Positions 48,174 to 56,991 of a stretch of 64,000 nucleotides of DNA are shown here, piece by piece; the first letter of the stretch is position 1, and each line of letters begins with the position of its first letter. The stretch is from Candidatus Woesearchaeota archaeon (lineage in GTDB: Archaea > Nanobdellota > Nanobdellia > Woesearchaeales > WAPJ01), in contig JBLKOQ010000002.1 of NCBI GenBank assembly GCA_047602885.1, forward strand, positions 5,464 to 69,463, in the 5' to 3' direction. The translations under genes were made by a program, and so were the position numbers. Below the pieces are notes generated by a model. The model was not told the origin of the DNA. It did no database searches and was given only the letters and a program-made list of their open reading frames with translations.

Positions 48174-48990
48174 TCTATTGGTACTAGCTACTAAGACTGA
48201 TACAGCATCATATAATTTGTATAAAGAGATTGTTAATCTTTTAGAAGATAATCTGCCAGCAACAAAAAGATATGACAATGGTAACCCAGCAATCATTTAT
48301 GAAAATGCCAATATGGCTTATGAAAAGATTAGATTAGTGCTGCTTAATGAGAGTTTGTTGCACTGCAATCCAGACGATTATGCGGATGATAATGAGACTA
48401 TATGCTTTCTATCCAAACATGCCGCAAAATCAAATAATAATAGTATTACTATGCATCCTATAGGAAATTTTGGGAGTGCCGATTATGGCGGCATGGCAGG
48501 ACAAGTAGTAGTGCCTGATATTATGCTAATGAACAGCCTATATGAAAATGCTGCAAAAAACAATGTTGAGACTGATATGGGCAGATATGAAGTCAGTTTT
48601 GAAGCGGTTCATCACGGCCCTTATTCCAAGCATAAGTGCGTATTCTTTGAGCTCGGCTCAACATCATATAATTGGAATGACATTAAAGCTGCTAAGATAA
48701 TGGCGACAATCTTTTATAACAGTATTAAAAATAAGCATAATGTGAAGAAGGCTTTTTTTGGGATTGGCTCTAGCCATTATTGTGCAGGATTTTACGATCT
48801 TTTAAATGATTATTATTATGCAGGATCCTGTCCTGATTATGCATTGTCTAATTTTAACGAGGACCACATTAATATAATATCATCGTATGCTGACATATTC
48901 GTATTGCACCATAACATAAAAAAGACTGAGAAGGCAAGAATTATAGGAATGCTTGATAGGCTTGATAAGAAGTATCTTCTTTTACAATAA
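48166..48990 (+). CDS. dtdA: D-aminoacyl-tRNA deacylase, archaeal type (DtdA)
   Basis: LATKTDTAS..., GNFGSADYGG, EAVHHGP match the DtdA family. Confidence 0.6.
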   Translation: MTNLLVLATKTDTASYNLYKEIVNLLEDNLPATKRYDNGNPAIIYENANMAYEKIRLVLLNESLLHCNPDDYADDNETICFLSKHAAKSNNNSITMHPIGNFGSADYGGMAGQVVVPDIMLMNSLYENAAKNNVETDMGRYEVSFEAVHHGPYSKHKCVFFELGSTSYNWNDIKAAKIMATIFYNSIKNKHNVKKAFFGIGSSHYCAGFYDLLNDYYYAGSCPDYALSNFNEDHINIISSYADIFVLHHNIKKTEKARIIGMLDRLDKKYLLLQ

Positions 48991-49088
48991 TATCACAGTT
49001 CTTTATAAATAAAAGCAATAAAAAACACAACATTTATATGATAATGCTCTAATATCCTGGCAATTCACTTGTGGAGGTGGAAATACGC

Positions 49089-49169
49089 ATGGGGTATGAT
49101 GACGAGTTTGACGAGGACGACTTCGAAGATGAAGATGATTTCGATGAGGATACCAGTGATGACTGGTAG
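49089..49169 (+). CDS. 26-aa hyper-acidic peptide MGYDDEFDEDDFEDEDDFDEDTSDDW (not in ORF track)
   Basis: Strong SD GTGGAGGTGG 8 nt upstream of ATG; 17/26 residues Asp/Glu, three Phe, C-terminal Trp. Confidence 0.35.
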   Translation: MGYDDEFDEDDFEDEDDFDEDTSDDW

Positions 49170-49175
49170 CCAAAG

Positions 49176-49278
49176 AAATCAACAACCCCGCCCTAAAGGG
49201 CGCGGTATGTTGGAGTTAATGGTTAAACTACTATCGGCCTAAAGACCGAGGTATGTACCCAACCCATTAACAATCAAA
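49176..49278 (+). repeat. ~103-nt conserved interspersed element, copy 2 (family B)
   Basis: Starts 7 nt after the acidic-peptide stop; 35 nt upstream of the S17e ATG. Confidence 0.6.
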
Positions 49279-49312
49279 ACCTTTATAAACATTTTTGTAT
49301 TCCTCGACGATT

Positions 49313-49507
49313 ATGGGAAGAATTAAGACTCAATTTGTTAAAAGAACGTCCAACGACCTTATAAAGAAGCATCCTGAAAGGTTCAACGCTGATTTTGAGC
49401 ACAACAAGAAGACTATAGCACAGGTTACTGATGTCCAGTCTAAGAAGGTCAGGAATGTTATAGCAGGGTATATAGGCAGGCTTGTAAGGAACAAGAAAGA
49501 GTATTAG
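49313..49507 (+). CDS. rps17e: 30S ribosomal protein S17e
   Basis: MGRIKTQFVKRTSNDLIKKHPERF. Confidence 0.85.
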   Translation: MGRIKTQFVKRTSNDLIKKHPERFNADFEHNKKTIAQVTDVQSKKVRNVIAGYIGRLVRNKKEY

Positions 49508-49534
49508 ATATAATTATAATTAATTTTTTTAGTT

Positions 49535-50014
49535 TTATGATAAGACGCTATCAAACTTTCCTTCTTCCAGAGATTCTAGTGCTTTCTGGGCGTTCATTCC
49601 TTCAATCTTAACTCCCATGCTCCTAGCAGTCCCCATAATCTCTTTTACCTTATTCTTTAGGGTGACGCCTGTAAGAGAGTCTTCTTTCATGCGTGCAATC
49701 TTTATTATCTGATCCATTTTAAGGTCTCCTGCAAGGCTACTTTTAGGATTGCCAGACCCTTTTTGTAGTCCCGCCTCTTTTTTTAATAGCGCTGTAGCAG
49801 GAGGTGTTCCTAATGATATAATGTATGTCTTGGTATCACTGTCTACCTCTACTGTCACGGGAACCTGCATTCCCTTATAGTCTGCTGTCTTCTTGTTAAT
49901 GTCAGCTACTACCTGGCCTATATTCACTCCTGTAGGTCCCAATGCAGGTCCTAGAGGAGGCGCTGCTGTAGCCTTCCCGCCTTCTATTAGTATGTCGATT
50001 TTTTGTATTGCCAT
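49535..50014 (-). CDS. rpl11: 50S ribosomal protein L11 (uL11)
   Basis: GGKATAAPPLGPALGPTGVNIGQVVADINKKT. Confidence 0.9.
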   Translation of the reverse strand: MAIQKIDILIEGGKATAAPPLGPALGPTGVNIGQVVADINKKTADYKGMQVPVTVEVDSDTKTYIISLGTPPATALLKKEAGLQKGSGNPKSSLAGDLKMDQIIKIARMKEDSLTGVTLKNKVKEIMGTARSMGVKIEGMNAQKALESLEEGKFDSVLS

Positions 50015-50084
50015 GCTATTACCTCACATAATATTTATAAATATCAGTCTTTACACTCAGAGTAGATAGCATGATTTTTTAAAG

Positions 50085-50699
50085 ATGATGTTTATGGCAA
50101 GGGAAAGAATAAGAAAGAAAGAGAGGATTATGAAGCAGTTATTGAAGACATCTTTCATACTTTTTATAGCACTGACTCTAGTACTGAGTACTTTCCTGAT
50201 TATTGCTGATATGGGCCCCAATAATCAAAGCCTAAATTATAATGGGATTGCCTTTAACTGGAATCAAGAGGACGGAACTTTCACTTTTAGGCATAACGGA
50301 CAACAGATTAGGACTCACGCCCACCCAATAGATGCAGAGGTGCACAGGCTTAGCGTACCAACTGCAGATATGCTCATGAACGCCCAGCGAATAAGCATAG
50401 TAGAAACAAAGGCTAATGCTTCAGAATGGGAGCCTCTAGCAGCTTTCAGTCTTGCAGAGGGATTGAGGAGAGGCAATAATATTATTATCAGCCGGGGATA
50501 TACAGATTCTGATCCTATGATGGACTGCGATATGGCTACTGATGATAATCCTATGGTTGTATTCAAGAGAAGCTCAGATAACAACATATTAGAAAATAAT
50601 AGTTGCATAATTGTAGAATATATTGATGAATCATTCCTGTTTACGGTGAAAGATTCTATACTATACCATAGTCTTGGAATAATCAGTCCTCGAGGGTAG
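50085..50699 (+). CDS. membrane-anchored hypothetical protein
   Basis: N-terminal signal anchor; extracytoplasmic domain with conserved Cys; start may be M16. Confidence 0.4.
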   Translation: MMFMARERIRKKERIMKQLLKTSFILFIALTLVLSTFLIIADMGPNNQSLNYNGIAFNWNQEDGTFTFRHNGQQIRTHAHPIDAEVHRLSVPTADMLMNAQRISIVETKANASEWEPLAAFSLAEGLRRGNNIIISRGYTDSDPMMDCDMATDDNPMVVFKRSSDNNILENNSCIIVEYIDESFLFTVKDSILYHSLGIISPRG

Positions 50700-51364
50700 T
50701 GATTGTGAAAGAAGAAAATAATGATGCTGAGAAGAGTATGGACGAAAAAGAGCCCGATATTACGAAAGATAATGATAGGAAGATGGATCTAAGGCTATTT
50801 TCCATCATTGTTATAGGACTTGTAATAATAGTTAGCGTATCATTCCTGATATTCGGTGTCAACAACATTATAGATGATAATGATTATGTTCCTTACGGCC
50901 TTTATATGTTTAAGGCACAAAACGATATTTATACCTTGGAATACCAGTGGATGAACAATATTTATGACATTAACTTTAAGTACCATCCTGACAATGTTAC
51001 TGACATTCCCATTAATGGTCCTTGGATTGACCTTAACAGGACAGTATATATTGCTTTTGACCCTTATATGAGTGAGAGATCTCTTGCTTATACGAGAGCA
51101 GCAACTCTTGATTTGATGCAGAAACTCACCTTAATATTCGGGAGGAATGTGCAGATAGTATGCACTGACAATACACATCCTGATTGCGTAGATTATGAGC
51201 CTGTAACATGCGATACTCATGACAGTGCCATAGTATTTTATGAGAGTGAAACTCCTAGGATAGTGTTAAAGGGGAGTTGTTATGAGATTCATGGTTTTGA
51301 AGAAGACATTTTTAGGGCTGAACACCTATTGGTTTTTGTAATGCTTAATATTGTTAGGGAATAA
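50699..51364 (+). CDS. membrane-anchored hypothetical protein (possible paralog of upstream gene)
   Basis: GTG start overlapping the upstream stop (TAGTG); one TM then extracytoplasmic Cys-containing domain. Confidence 0.4.
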   Translation: MIVKEENNDAEKSMDEKEPDITKDNDRKMDLRLFSIIVIGLVIIVSVSFLIFGVNNIIDDNDYVPYGLYMFKAQNDIYTLEYQWMNNIYDINFKYHPDNVTDIPINGPWIDLNRTVYIAFDPYMSERSLAYTRAATLDLMQKLTLIFGRNVQIVCTDNTHPDCVDYEPVTCDTHDSAIVFYESETPRIVLKGSCYEIHGFEEDIFRAEHLLVFVMLNIVRE

Positions 51365-52026
51365 TGGTAAAGACTAAAGATATTGTTAGGGAAAAAGTAA
51401 AAAAGGCTATTAGCAATAATAATACTGCTAATAAGCATGAACATTATTATACTGAAGAGCCCGAATCCGACTTGGTAATAGGCAGCTTTTCTTACGCTCA
51501 TAATAATCATGAATATGTGTTTAATACTTCATCAGGTGTTTTTGGCAAGAGGAAGGCTGATAAGGGAACAATGCTATTATTGTCGAGTGTCCCTGATCTT
51601 AACAATAAGACAGTATTGGATCTTGGATGCGGTATAGGAATAGTAGCTATAGTACTATCAAAAAATTACCCTAAAGGAGTATTTCACGCTTCAGATATTA
51701 ATAAGAGGGCTGTGATGCTTACAAAAAAGAATGCAAAAAACAATAATGCACGTGTTATAGTGCATTATTCTGACGGGCTTGAACGAATAAATACTGTTTT
51801 TGATGTAATACTATTAAATCCTCCCCAGAGTGCGGGCAAGGATGTGTGCAATAATCTTATTAGAGAATCGTATGATGGACTCAATAAAGGAGGATCATTG
51901 TTATTGGTTGCAAGGAAGAATAAGGGTGGAAGGTCATTATCCGATTATATGGAGAGCTTGTTTGGAAACTGCAGTAGCATTGCAATAAAGTCAGGATATC
52001 ATGTGTACAAGTCGGTAAAAGAATAA
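51364..52026 (+). CDS. SAM-dependent methyltransferase, RsmC/small-domain MTase type
   Basis: VLDLGCGIGIVA (motif I), LLNPPQSAG (NPPQ substrate motif). Confidence 0.55.
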   Translation: MVKTKDIVREKVKKAISNNNTANKHEHYYTEEPESDLVIGSFSYAHNNHEYVFNTSSGVFGKRKADKGTMLLLSSVPDLNNKTVLDLGCGIGIVAIVLSKNYPKGVFHASDINKRAVMLTKKNAKNNNARVIVHYSDGLERINTVFDVILLNPPQSAGKDVCNNLIRESYDGLNKGGSLLLVARKNKGGRSLSDYMESLFGNCSSIAIKSGYHVYKSVKE

Positions 52027-52039
52027 TGAGGAGATTAGC

Positions 52040-52324
52040 ATGGAAGAATTGTATGATAGAGCGTTAATGTATATTGACCTAAGCTCGAGAGCCAGAGAAA
52101 AGTTGTCTGTAATCTCGCCTGAGAATACTCATCTTAGGAGGGCGGTTGATGATGCTCTTGACATGGTAGACAGGTATATTAGTGATGCCAAACACTTTTT
52201 TGATGCTAAGGATTATTCCAGGGCATTATGCGCTGCATCATATGCTCATGGATGGCTTGATTGTCTGGCCAGGATGGGAATGATAGATGTAGGAAGGGAT
52301 TCTGAACTCTTCACCGTAGACTAA
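52040..52324 (+). CDS. conserved archaeal protein (DUF357-like)
   Basis: ORF with SD GAGGAG; helical, about 94 aa. Confidence 0.4.
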   Translation: MEELYDRALMYIDLSSRAREKLSVISPENTHLRRAVDDALDMVDRYISDAKHFFDAKDYSRALCAASYAHGWLDCLARMGMIDVGRDSELFTVD

Positions 52325-52470
52325 TGCTATCTTATTATGCTTGTGAGGCTCAATGCAAATACTGGCAATAGTGTGAGCTTAATAAAGATAGGAGCTAATA
52401 TTATCATAACCAGTAGCAACGGTATTAGTAATAGCGCTCTGATATTTAGTCTCATATGCATCATCCACTA

Positions 52471-52650
52471 TTACCATTTCTGTGCTGTTATAAAGTTGTC
52501 TGACATATGGTCGACTTCGTCTATCCACTCCTGCATCTGCTTTATTCTCTGCACACTGCCTGCCTTAGAACAATAAGGGCATCTTTTAGGCAATTTTTCA
52601 GGCTTTGCTCTGAACTGGTAACTGCAATCCACACACTGCACTTTTATCAT
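52471..52650 (-). CDS. small zinc-ribbon protein (59 aa; not in ORF track)
   Basis: MIKVQCVDCSYQFRAKPEKLPKRCPYCSKAGSVQRIKQMQEWIDEVDHMSDNFITAQKW: CxxC...CxxC; immediately downstream of L15e on the same strand. Confidence 0.4.
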   Translation of the reverse strand: MIKVQCVDCSYQFRAKPEKLPKRCPYCSKAGSVQRIKQMQEWIDEVDHMSDNFITAQKW

Positions 52651-52709
52651 ACTAGTATACTGATATGGTTACTTATATACCTTTCGGTGATGTGCAATTA
52701 TGGTTATTA

Positions 52710-53288
52710 TCACTTACTATTCTTCTTTTTAGTGTAAGCGCTCCTCGAAGGCCTAATCTTCTCAGCTCCCAATCCTTTGCTGGTAAGACCCCTACTCTTC
52801 CTTCCCGCCATAGTAAGACCTCGAGTGACTCTTCTCTTCTGGGATGCTATGCCTGCAAGTTTAGGATCATTCTTAGGACTCTTATGCTGCCTGTCAACCA
52901 TTATAACCTCATACCAATAGGTTTTTCCGTCCTCTGCTGTCAGATAGCTGCCTACTACTTCCATGTTAGGATACTTTCTTTGTACTCTTTCCTCAGATAC
53001 CTGCTGATAATTCTTTTTTAAAGGGACTCTTATAGAAGCTCTCTTGGTTCTTCGTCCTCCTGACGGCTTTGCCTTTGTTCTACCGCCTCGAGCCACTCTT
53101 TGTCTTACGACTATAACGCCTTGTTTTGCCTTGTATCCCAGACTTCTAGCCCTGTCAAGTCTTGTAGGACGTTCAACCCTTATAGTTGCAGGCTCTCTTC
53201 TATACTGCATTAGTCTAGACTGATATTCTGCTTTCATTCCTGCTTTGGGCTTTTTCCAAGCCTCCCTAATATACTTATAAAATCCCAT
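52710..53288 (-). CDS. rpl15e: 50S ribosomal protein L15e
   Basis: MGFYKYIREAWKKP... Confidence 0.9.
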   Translation of the reverse strand: MGFYKYIREAWKKPKAGMKAEYQSRLMQYRREPATIRVERPTRLDRARSLGYKAKQGVIVVRQRVARGGRTKAKPSGGRRTKRASIRVPLKKNYQQVSEERVQRKYPNMEVVGSYLTAEDGKTYWYEVIMVDRQHKSPKNDPKLAGIASQKRRVTRGLTMAGRKSRGLTSKGLGAEKIRPSRSAYTKKKNSK

Positions 53289-53443
53289 TTTACGGCCTCC
53301 ATTTAATATCTTGTTATTAAGGATTCAGGCAAGCCACGCCTACATTTCCTTGCCCTTAGGGCCAATAATGCCTTTATAAAGCTATCTTTGTTGCACTATT
53401 CTAATTTGGTAATATATTTAAACAAGCCTGCGATAGCAATTTG

Positions 53444-54451
53444 ATGGAAACTGTCTTTGACGAAAAGCATGACTCTACAGATTATATTAGCATAATGAGA
53501 TCAAAATCATACCTTATAGACCAGGGCATTAGCGCTGCAAAGAATTATGCCTCGCCCAAGAATCCCGACAGGATTATTATTATGGGCATGGGAGGATCTG
53601 GCATGGGAGGTAAACTGTTAAGGACGTATCTTGATACGCCTATAGAGATTATACAAGACTATAAGCTTATAGGAAAAATCACTTCTAAAAGCCTGGTGTT
53701 CGTGTGCTCATATTCTGGAGAGACTGAGGAGGCGCTATCACTTTTTAGCGAGGTCAGTGTCAGTACTGCCAAATTATTCGTAGTTACTGCAGGCGGCACT
53801 TTAAAGAAGAGTGCACAGTCAAAGAATATTCCTATAATACTTCTAAACCAGAATATCGCTCCCAGAAGTGCGGCTATAAGCATGTTCTTTGCAGTCATGC
53901 AAGTCTTAATCAACGGCAACACTATTCCAAGCCAGGATGAGGCTATACAAAGCCTAAAAGAGTATTTCAATAATAATGAGGCTATGAATGCTATAGAAGA
54001 GTATGCAAAGTCATTGTCTTTGAAGATAGAAGGCAATGTTCCTTTGATATATACTACTCAGAGGCTTGAATCTGTAGGTTACTGTTGGAAGGCTCAGATG
54101 AATGAGAATGCAGGAACGCACTGTTTTTTGTCAGTATTGCCTGAACTATGTCATAATGAGCTTAACGCTTATATGAAGCCAGGGGACTATTATGTCATAT
54201 TCTTGGTAGACGAGCAGGATACTAAGAGAATGAAGGAGCGTGTGGACGCTCTAAGGAATACTCTAAACGATAACGGAGTGAAAAACAGCATGATCCTTGT
54301 TAAGGGACAGACAGTCCTTGTCAAGATTATGAGTACTTTCCATTTAGGAGAACTAATAAGCTATTATTTGTCACTAAGATATGGGAAGGACCCTATGAAT
54401 ACTGATATTATTGAGGCTTTCAAGGCAGAACTTGGCAAGAAGAAATATTAG
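53444..54451 (+). CDS. bifunctional phosphoglucose/phosphomannose isomerase (SIS domain, archaeal PGI/PMI family)
   Basis: IIIMGMGGSGMGG SIS motif; two SIS subdomains. Confidence 0.65.
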   Translation: METVFDEKHDSTDYISIMRSKSYLIDQGISAAKNYASPKNPDRIIIMGMGGSGMGGKLLRTYLDTPIEIIQDYKLIGKITSKSLVFVCSYSGETEEALSLFSEVSVSTAKLFVVTAGGTLKKSAQSKNIPIILLNQNIAPRSAAISMFFAVMQVLINGNTIPSQDEAIQSLKEYFNNNEAMNAIEEYAKSLSLKIEGNVPLIYTTQRLESVGYCWKAQMNENAGTHCFLSVLPELCHNELNAYMKPGDYYVIFLVDEQDTKRMKERVDALRNTLNDNGVKNSMILVKGQTVLVKIMSTFHLGELISYYLSLRYGKDPMNTDIIEAFKAELGKKKY

Positions 54452-54487
54452 GGTTACATTTTAATTATAGTATCGTATACTATTCTC

Positions 54488-56986
54488 ATGATACTCGAGC
54501 GCATCATACTAAAAAATATCAGGAGCCATACTGATACTGATATTACTTTTCCTAAAGGCAGAATATTATTGTCAGGCGATATAGGCGCTGGCAAGACTAG
54601 CATACTGTTGGGTTTGGAATTTGCTTTATTCGGGATTGTTAGAGGGTGGAATGATCAGGATACGCTGCTAAGAAACGGGACTGATATTGGAAGGGCAAGA
54701 GCATATGTTAAATTGCGCGGAGATAGTATAATGATAGAAAGAACGCTTAAAAGAACAAGCAAGGGCATTAGCCAAGAGCCTGTATTGTATAGCGTTAACG
54801 GCAATGCGGAGAGGATTGTTCCTACAGAAGCAAGGATGAGAATAATAAGCCTATTAGGATATCCTTCAGAGTTCCTCACAAAAAGCCCCATACTATACAG
54901 GTACACAGTGTATACTCCGCAGGAGAGGATGAGAGAGATATTATCTGAAGACAATGACGTTAGAATGAGCCTATTAAGAAAGCTCTTCGGTCTTGAAAGG
55001 TACCAGACTATAAGGGAGAACAGCAAGACAATAACTAATATTCTGAAAAGCAAGATTAGCTATATTCAAGGAAGAGTTGTAGGGTTGGAAGAGAAGAAAC
55101 AAGAATTATCATTATTATCTCAAAGATATAATGAAGAGAAAAAAAATCTTGAAGAGACTGTTATCAAACTTGAATCGGCAAGCAAAGATTATGAGAATGC
55201 GCTAAGAGAGCATAATGCCATAGAATCATCCATAGGAATGCTCAACGAGAATAAGACCAAACTCGCCAAAGTCAATAGTAGCATTATTGATATACGAAAA
55301 GAGATTGACTTATTAGAAAAAGATATGATAATAATACAGAAGAATAGGGATGGTGCTTACGATAGTGTTATAGAATCATCATCTAAGATAATTAATAGCA
55401 ACAATGACATTAATGCTATTAAAGAGTCTGTAACCCTTCTTATTAAGGAGAAGAATATTGAGGTTGCCAAAGAAAGAGAGTTGTTAGAGGATTATCATAA
55501 CAAGAGGAGAGTGTTCGTACAAAAATTGTCTGTAGTGCAAAATGCCGTTGGAGTTCTTAATGAGAGGATTAAAAACAATAATATGAGAGTTGCGCAGTTA
55601 AGCAATACTATAACAAAAGTTCATACTGAGATAAGCAGCATAGAGTCTCCTAAAAAAGGAGGAAAGAGCGTACAAGAGTTAAGAGAACAAATCGAAGCAT
55701 TAAAGAAACTGTATTATGATTATAAGCAGAAAAGCGCTGTAATAACCCATTCTATAGCAAGAGAAGAAGAAGACCTAATAAAGATAAACAGCATGAATGA
55801 CTGTCCTACGTGCAAACAGGAAATTAGTGCTAGCCATAAAGATTCTATGCAAAGAATTATTGGCAATAAGATAGACAACTACAAAGCAGAATTAGAGCAT
55901 GTCAACACTAAGAGGACAGAATGCGAAGAAAAGATTAGAGTTCTTGAAGACAAAGAAAAAGAAGCATTATTGATAGAAAAGGCTATCGAGAAGACTGAAG
56001 CCATGAAATCGGAGATGGACAGATTCGTAGAGGAAAAGGAACGGCTAAGTAAAGAAATTATTGATGCGAATAACCAATTAGTAGATAAAGAACATGAAAG
56101 GAATGGAATATCTAAACAAATAATAGAAACAGACCATATCATAGTGAAGATAAAACAAAATATTACTGAATATGATAGTCTATTGAAAGAATATAACAAC
56201 ATTAACAGCTTATTATTATTGTATGAGAAGCACAATAACAGCCTTACAGGTCTTGAGTCGAAGAAAACAATGCTTCAAGAAAGCATAAGCCGGCTTGAAG
56301 AAGAAAAAGAAGGGCTTGAATTATCATTAATGGAGAAGGACGCATTGCTATCAGAATATGAGGCTGTAAAAGAAAAGACTGCCGTTCTAAGAAAAGAGCA
56401 TGACAATCTGCTAAGCAGCAAGTCTATGACAGCAGAGAGAATATCCGGCATTAATAACAGCATGGTAGAATTAAAGGCAGAAATTGGTGTTTTGGAAGGA
56501 TTGTTAAGAAAAAAAGACAGTATCATGATCTTAAAGAATTTTTTTGTAGAAACACTCCAAGAGATTACTAGGAGCATAGAATACGAGAAGTCAGCGAGCA
56601 TAAGAGCCCATATTGAAGGCTGTCTAATAAAATGGTTTGGAATGCTAATACCAGAACTTGATGTGAGCGTGGACGAATCATATAATCCTATAGTGTCTAA
56701 GCAGGGATACAGTCTGGGTTTTAGCAATCTCTCAGGTGGTGAAAGGACAAGCTTGTCGCTAGCTTTTAGGCTTGCATTAAATGATGCTCTGAGCCATTCC
56801 ATGCTTAAGAGCACTAGCACTCTTATTATTCTGGACGAGCCTACAGACGGACTGAGCACAGAGCAGTTGGACCAGGTCAGAATAGTATTGGATGAGGTTG
56901 ATTGTGAACAGATGATTATAGTTAGTCATGAACAGAAAGTGGAAGGATTTGTGGATCATATCATAAGAATATCTAGGCAGGACTAA
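54488..56986 (+). CDS. rad50: Rad50-like SMC ATPase with zinc hook
   Basis: Walker A GDIGAGKTS, long coiled coil, CPTC zinc hook (DCPTCKQE), signature LSGGERTSLSLAF, Walker B LIILDEPTDGLS. Confidence 0.75.
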   Translation: MILERIILKNIRSHTDTDITFPKGRILLSGDIGAGKTSILLGLEFALFGIVRGWNDQDTLLRNGTDIGRARAYVKLRGDSIMIERTLKRTSKGISQEPVLYSVNGNAERIVPTEARMRIISLLGYPSEFLTKSPILYRYTVYTPQERMREILSEDNDVRMSLLRKLFGLERYQTIRENSKTITNILKSKISYIQGRVVGLEEKKQELSLLSQRYNEEKKNLEETVIKLESASKDYENALREHNAIESSIGMLNENKTKLAKVNSSIIDIRKEIDLLEKDMIIIQKNRDGAYDSVIESSSKIINSNNDINAIKESVTLLIKEKNIEVAKERELLEDYHNKRRVFVQKLSVVQNAVGVLNERIKNNNMRVAQLSNTITKVHTEISSIESPKKGGKSVQELREQIEALKKLYYDYKQKSAVITHSIAREEEDLIKINSMNDCPTCKQEISASHKDSMQRIIGNKIDNYKAELEHVNTKRTECEEKIRVLEDKEKEALLIEKAIEKTEAMKSEMDRFVEEKERLSKEIIDANNQLVDKEHERNGISKQIIETDHIIVKIKQNITEYDSLLKEYNNINSLLLLYEKHNNSLTGLESKKTMLQESISRLEEEKEGLELSLMEKDALLSEYEAVKEKTAVLRKEHDNLLSSKSMTAERISGINNSMVELKAEIGVLEGLLRKKDSIMILKNFFVETLQEITRSIEYEKSASIRAHIEGCLIKWFGMLIPELDVSVDESYNPIVSKQGYSLGFSNLSGGERTSLSLAFRLALNDALSHSMLKSTSTLIILDEPTDGLSTEQLDQVRIVLDEVDCEQMIIVSHEQKVEGFVDHIIRISRQD

Positions 56987-56991
56987 CAGTA

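Noticed and set aside
52325-52470. 47-aa hydrophobic peptide (MMHMRLNIRALLLIPLLLVMIILAPIFIKLTLL...) downstream of the Zn-ribbon ORF, and the + strand ORF 52337-52576
   Set aside because: Only compositional support. It may be a small membrane peptide but cannot be distinguished from chance.
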